A stretch of 19,135 nt of DNA from a virus (lineage: Duplodnaviria; Heunggongvirae; Uroviricota; Caudoviricetes), in the IMG/VR virus record IMGVR_UViG_2585427745_000007; one strand, written 5' to 3'. A model generated the notes under the pieces. That model was given only the letters and a program-made list of their open reading frames with translations, was not told the origin of the DNA and made no database searches. Made by a program: the position numbers and the translations under genes. Below are positions 17,154 through 19,135 of this stretch, in pieces (position 1 is the stretch's first letter; every line of letters begins with the position of its first letter).

Positions 17154-17181
17154 ATTATACGCGCCACAGTCAGTTTGTGAA
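17154..17181 (-). promoter_or_regulatory. Sigma70-like promoter on the minus strand: -35 TTCACA (17176-17181), 16-nt spacer, -10 TATAAT (17154-17159)
   Basis: Perfect TATAAT and 5/6 match to TTGACA with a 16-nt spacer, read directly from the reverse complement. Confidence 0.35.
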
Positions 17182-17256
17182 AATGTGAAGATATTCAGAA
17201 TTTTTATGCCATTACCGGTTTTAACCAACAGGATTATCGGTGGGCATGAAAGAAAA

Positions 17257-17289
17257 CCCCGGTATCTGCTGATACCGGGGTTTCTCTTT
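17257..17289. terminator. Bidirectional intrinsic-terminator-like hairpin: perfect 10-bp stem CCCCGGTATC/GATACCGGGG, 4-nt loop, flanked by AGAAAA upstream and TTTCTCTTT downstream
   Basis: Perfect inverted repeat at 17257-17280 with A-tract and T-tract flanks, about 100 bp upstream of the J start. Confidence 0.5.
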
Positions 17290-17386
17290 AGCATGGCAGA
17301 AATGTGTTTCATGCTTTTCGGGCGAAGGATATCCGACTTCTGTACGGAATGGCAAGTGGCGGTTAATTTATTCAGGGGAAGGCTGT

Positions 17387-19135
17387 ATGGGAAAAGGTGG
17401 CGGTAAGGCACACACGCCTCGTGAGGCGAAGGATAATCTCAAATCCACGCAGATGATGAGTGTGATTGATGCGATTGGTGAGGGACCGATAGAAGGCCCG
17501 GTGAAGGGACTGCAGAGTATCCTGGTGAACAAAACCCCGCTGACGGACACGGACGGTAATCCCGTGATACACGGTGTGACCGCGGTCTGGCGTGCCGGGG
17601 AGCAGGAGCAGACACCACCGGAAGGCTTTGAGTCCTCCGGAGCTGAAACCGGACTGGGCGTGGAAGTGACGAAGGCAAAACCGGTGACGCGCACCATTAC
17701 GTCCGCGAACATTGACCGCCTGCGGGTTACCTTCGGGGTGCAGTCACTGGTGGAGACCACCTCAAAGGGTGACCGTAACCCGGCATCCGTCCGCCTGCTG
17801 ATTCAGTTACAGCGTAACGGTAACTGGGTGACAGAAAAGGACGTCACCATTAACGGCAAGACCACCTCACAGTTCCTGGCCTCGGTGATTCTGGATAATC
17901 TGCCTCCCCGGCCCTTTAACATCCGGATGGTCAGGGAGACGGCGGACAGCACCACGGACCAGCTGCAGAATAAGACGCTGTGGTCGTCATACACCGAAAT
18001 CATCGATGTGAAACAGTGCTACCCGAACACGGCCATTGTGGGGCTGCAGGTGGATGCGGAGCAGTTCGGCGGCCAGCAGATGACGGTGAACTACCATATC
18101 CGCGGTCGCATCATCCAGGTGCCGTCAAACTATGACCCGGAAAAACGCACGTACAGTGGTATCTGGGACGGCAGCCTGAAACCGGCATACAGCAACAACC
18201 CGGCCTGGTGTCTGTGGGACATGCTGACTCACCCGCGCTACGGCATGGGAAAACGTCTGGGGGCGGCGGATGTGGACAAGTGGGCGCTGTATGCCATCGG
18301 GCAGTACTGCGACCAGACGGTCCCGGATGGTTTCGGGGGGACCGAGCCGCGGATGACCTTTAATGCGTACCTGGCACAACAGCGTAAGGCGTGGGACGTT
18401 CTCAGTGATTTCTGCTCGGCGATGCGCTGTATGCCGGTATGGAACGGCCAGACGCTGACGTTCGTTCAGGACCGTCCGTCGGATGTGGTGTGGCCGTACA
18501 CCAACAGCGATGTGGTGGTGGATGATAACGGCGTGGGGTTCCGCTACAGCTTCAGTGCCCTGAAGGACCGGCACACGGCGGTGGAGGTGAATTACACCGA
18601 CCCGCAGAACGGCTGGCAGACCTCCACGGAACTGGTGGAAGACCCGGAAGCCATACTGCGCTACGGACGCAACCTGCTGAAGATGGACGCGTTCGGCTGT
18701 ACCAGCCGCGGTCAGGCCCACCGTGCCGGACTGTGGGTGATAAAGACCGAACTGCTGGAAACGCAGACGGTGGATTTCACGCTCGGGTCTCAGGGGCTGC
18801 GGCACACACCCGGTGACATCATTGAAATCTGTGATAACGACTATGCCGGGACCCTGACCGGCGGACGTGTCCTGTCCATTGATGCTGCCACCCGCACCCT
18901 GACGCTGGACCGTGAAGTGACACTTCCGGAGACCGGTGCCGCCACGGTGAACCTGATTAACGGCAGCGGTAAGCCGGTGAGTGTGGACATCACCGAACAC
19001 CCCGCGCCGGACCGGATACAGGTCAGTACCCTGCCTGATGGTGTGGAGACATACGGGGTGTGGGGACTCTCCCTGCCGTCACTGCGCCGTCGCCTGTTCC
19101 GCTGTGTCTCCGTCCGGGAAAACACGGACGGCACC
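17387..19135 (+). CDS. J: Tail tip / host specificity protein J (N-terminal about 583 codons; continues beyond the window end)
   Basis: MGKGGGKAHTPREAKDNLKSTQMMSVIDAIGEGPIEGPVKGLQS... is nearly identical to the lambda gpJ N-terminus; RBS AGGGGAAGG upstream; frame open to the window edge. Absent from the ORF track only because no stop codon falls in the window. Confidence 0.93.
   Translation, partial: MGKGGGKAHTPREAKDNLKSTQMMSVIDAIGEGPIEGPVKGLQSILVNKTPLTDTDGNPVIHGVTAVWRAGEQEQTPPEGFESSGAETGLGVEVTKAKPVTRTITSANIDRLRVTFGVQSLVETTSKGDRNPASVRLLIQLQRNGNWVTEKDVTINGKTTSQFLASVILDNLPPRPFNIRMVRETADSTTDQLQNKTLWSSYTEIIDVKQCYPNTAIVGLQVDAEQFGGQQMTVNYHIRGRIIQVPSNYDPEKRTYSGIWDGSLKPAYSNNPAWCLWDMLTHPRYGMGKRLGAADVDKWALYAIGQYCDQTVPDGFGGTEPRMTFNAYLAQQRKAWDVLSDFCSAMRCMPVWNGQTLTFVQDRPSDVVWPYTNSDVVVDDNGVGFRYSFSALKDRHTAVEVNYTDPQNGWQTSTELVEDPEAILRYGRNLLKMDAFGCTSRGQAHRAGLWVIKTELLETQTVDFTLGSQGLRHTPGDIIEICDNDYAGTLTGGRVLSIDAATRTLTLDREVTLPETGAATVNLINGSGKPVSVDITEHPAPDRIQVSTLPDGVETYGVWGLSLPSLRRRLFRCVSVRENTDGT

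Noticed and set aside
17065-17411. ORF-track ORFs spanning the I-J intergenic region (plus 17065-17406, 113 aa; minus 17127-17411, 94 aa, with an internal 61-aa version from ATG 17312)
   Set aside because: Both read straight through the terminator-like hairpins, lack convincing RBSs, overlap the J start, and have AT-rich, atypical composition. A noncoding interpretation fits better, though the 61-aa minus-strand ORF cannot be fully excluded without expression data.
1-19135. CRISPR arrays, rRNA or tRNA genes, integrase or attachment sites
   Set aside because: No regularly spaced direct repeats, no rRNA- or tRNA-like sequence, and no integrase homolog are visible; the window covers only the cos-to-J late region, so att and int would lie outside it.

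Overview
This window is the late (morphogenetic) region of a lambda-like (lambdoid) prophage, most likely from Escherichia or Shigella, read left to right as: the 5' part of an IS3-family insertion sequence (1-365, minus strand), an AT-rich accessory segment with two small convergent ORFs, an intact lambda-type cos site (cohesive-end 12-mer GGGCGGCGACCT at 1414-1425), and then a colinear lambda-like head and tail gene set nu1-A-W-B-C/nu3-D-E-FI-FII-Z-U-V-G/GT-H-M-L-K-I-J (J runs off the 3' end). All assignments rest on reading the translated ORFs against remembered lambda proteins and on start/stop/RBS geometry; no database search was run. Most of the window is ordinary, well-understood phage structural genes, and I do not see a large undescribed multi-gene system. 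The observations worth a second look are: (1) a 343-bp insertion between tail genes I and J (lambda has about 60 bp there) carrying a minus-strand promoter-like element and intrinsic terminator that would give a roughly 100-nt noncoding RNA, plus a separate bidirectional terminator hairpin; (2) an AT-rich moron-like segment near cos encoding a 46-aa two-helix hydrophobic peptide; (3) an apparent +1 frameshift near the 5' end of the prohead protease gene C; (4) a triplicated 40-45 aa repeat in the scaffold (Nu3) domain; (5) the IS insertion at the prophage late-region end.
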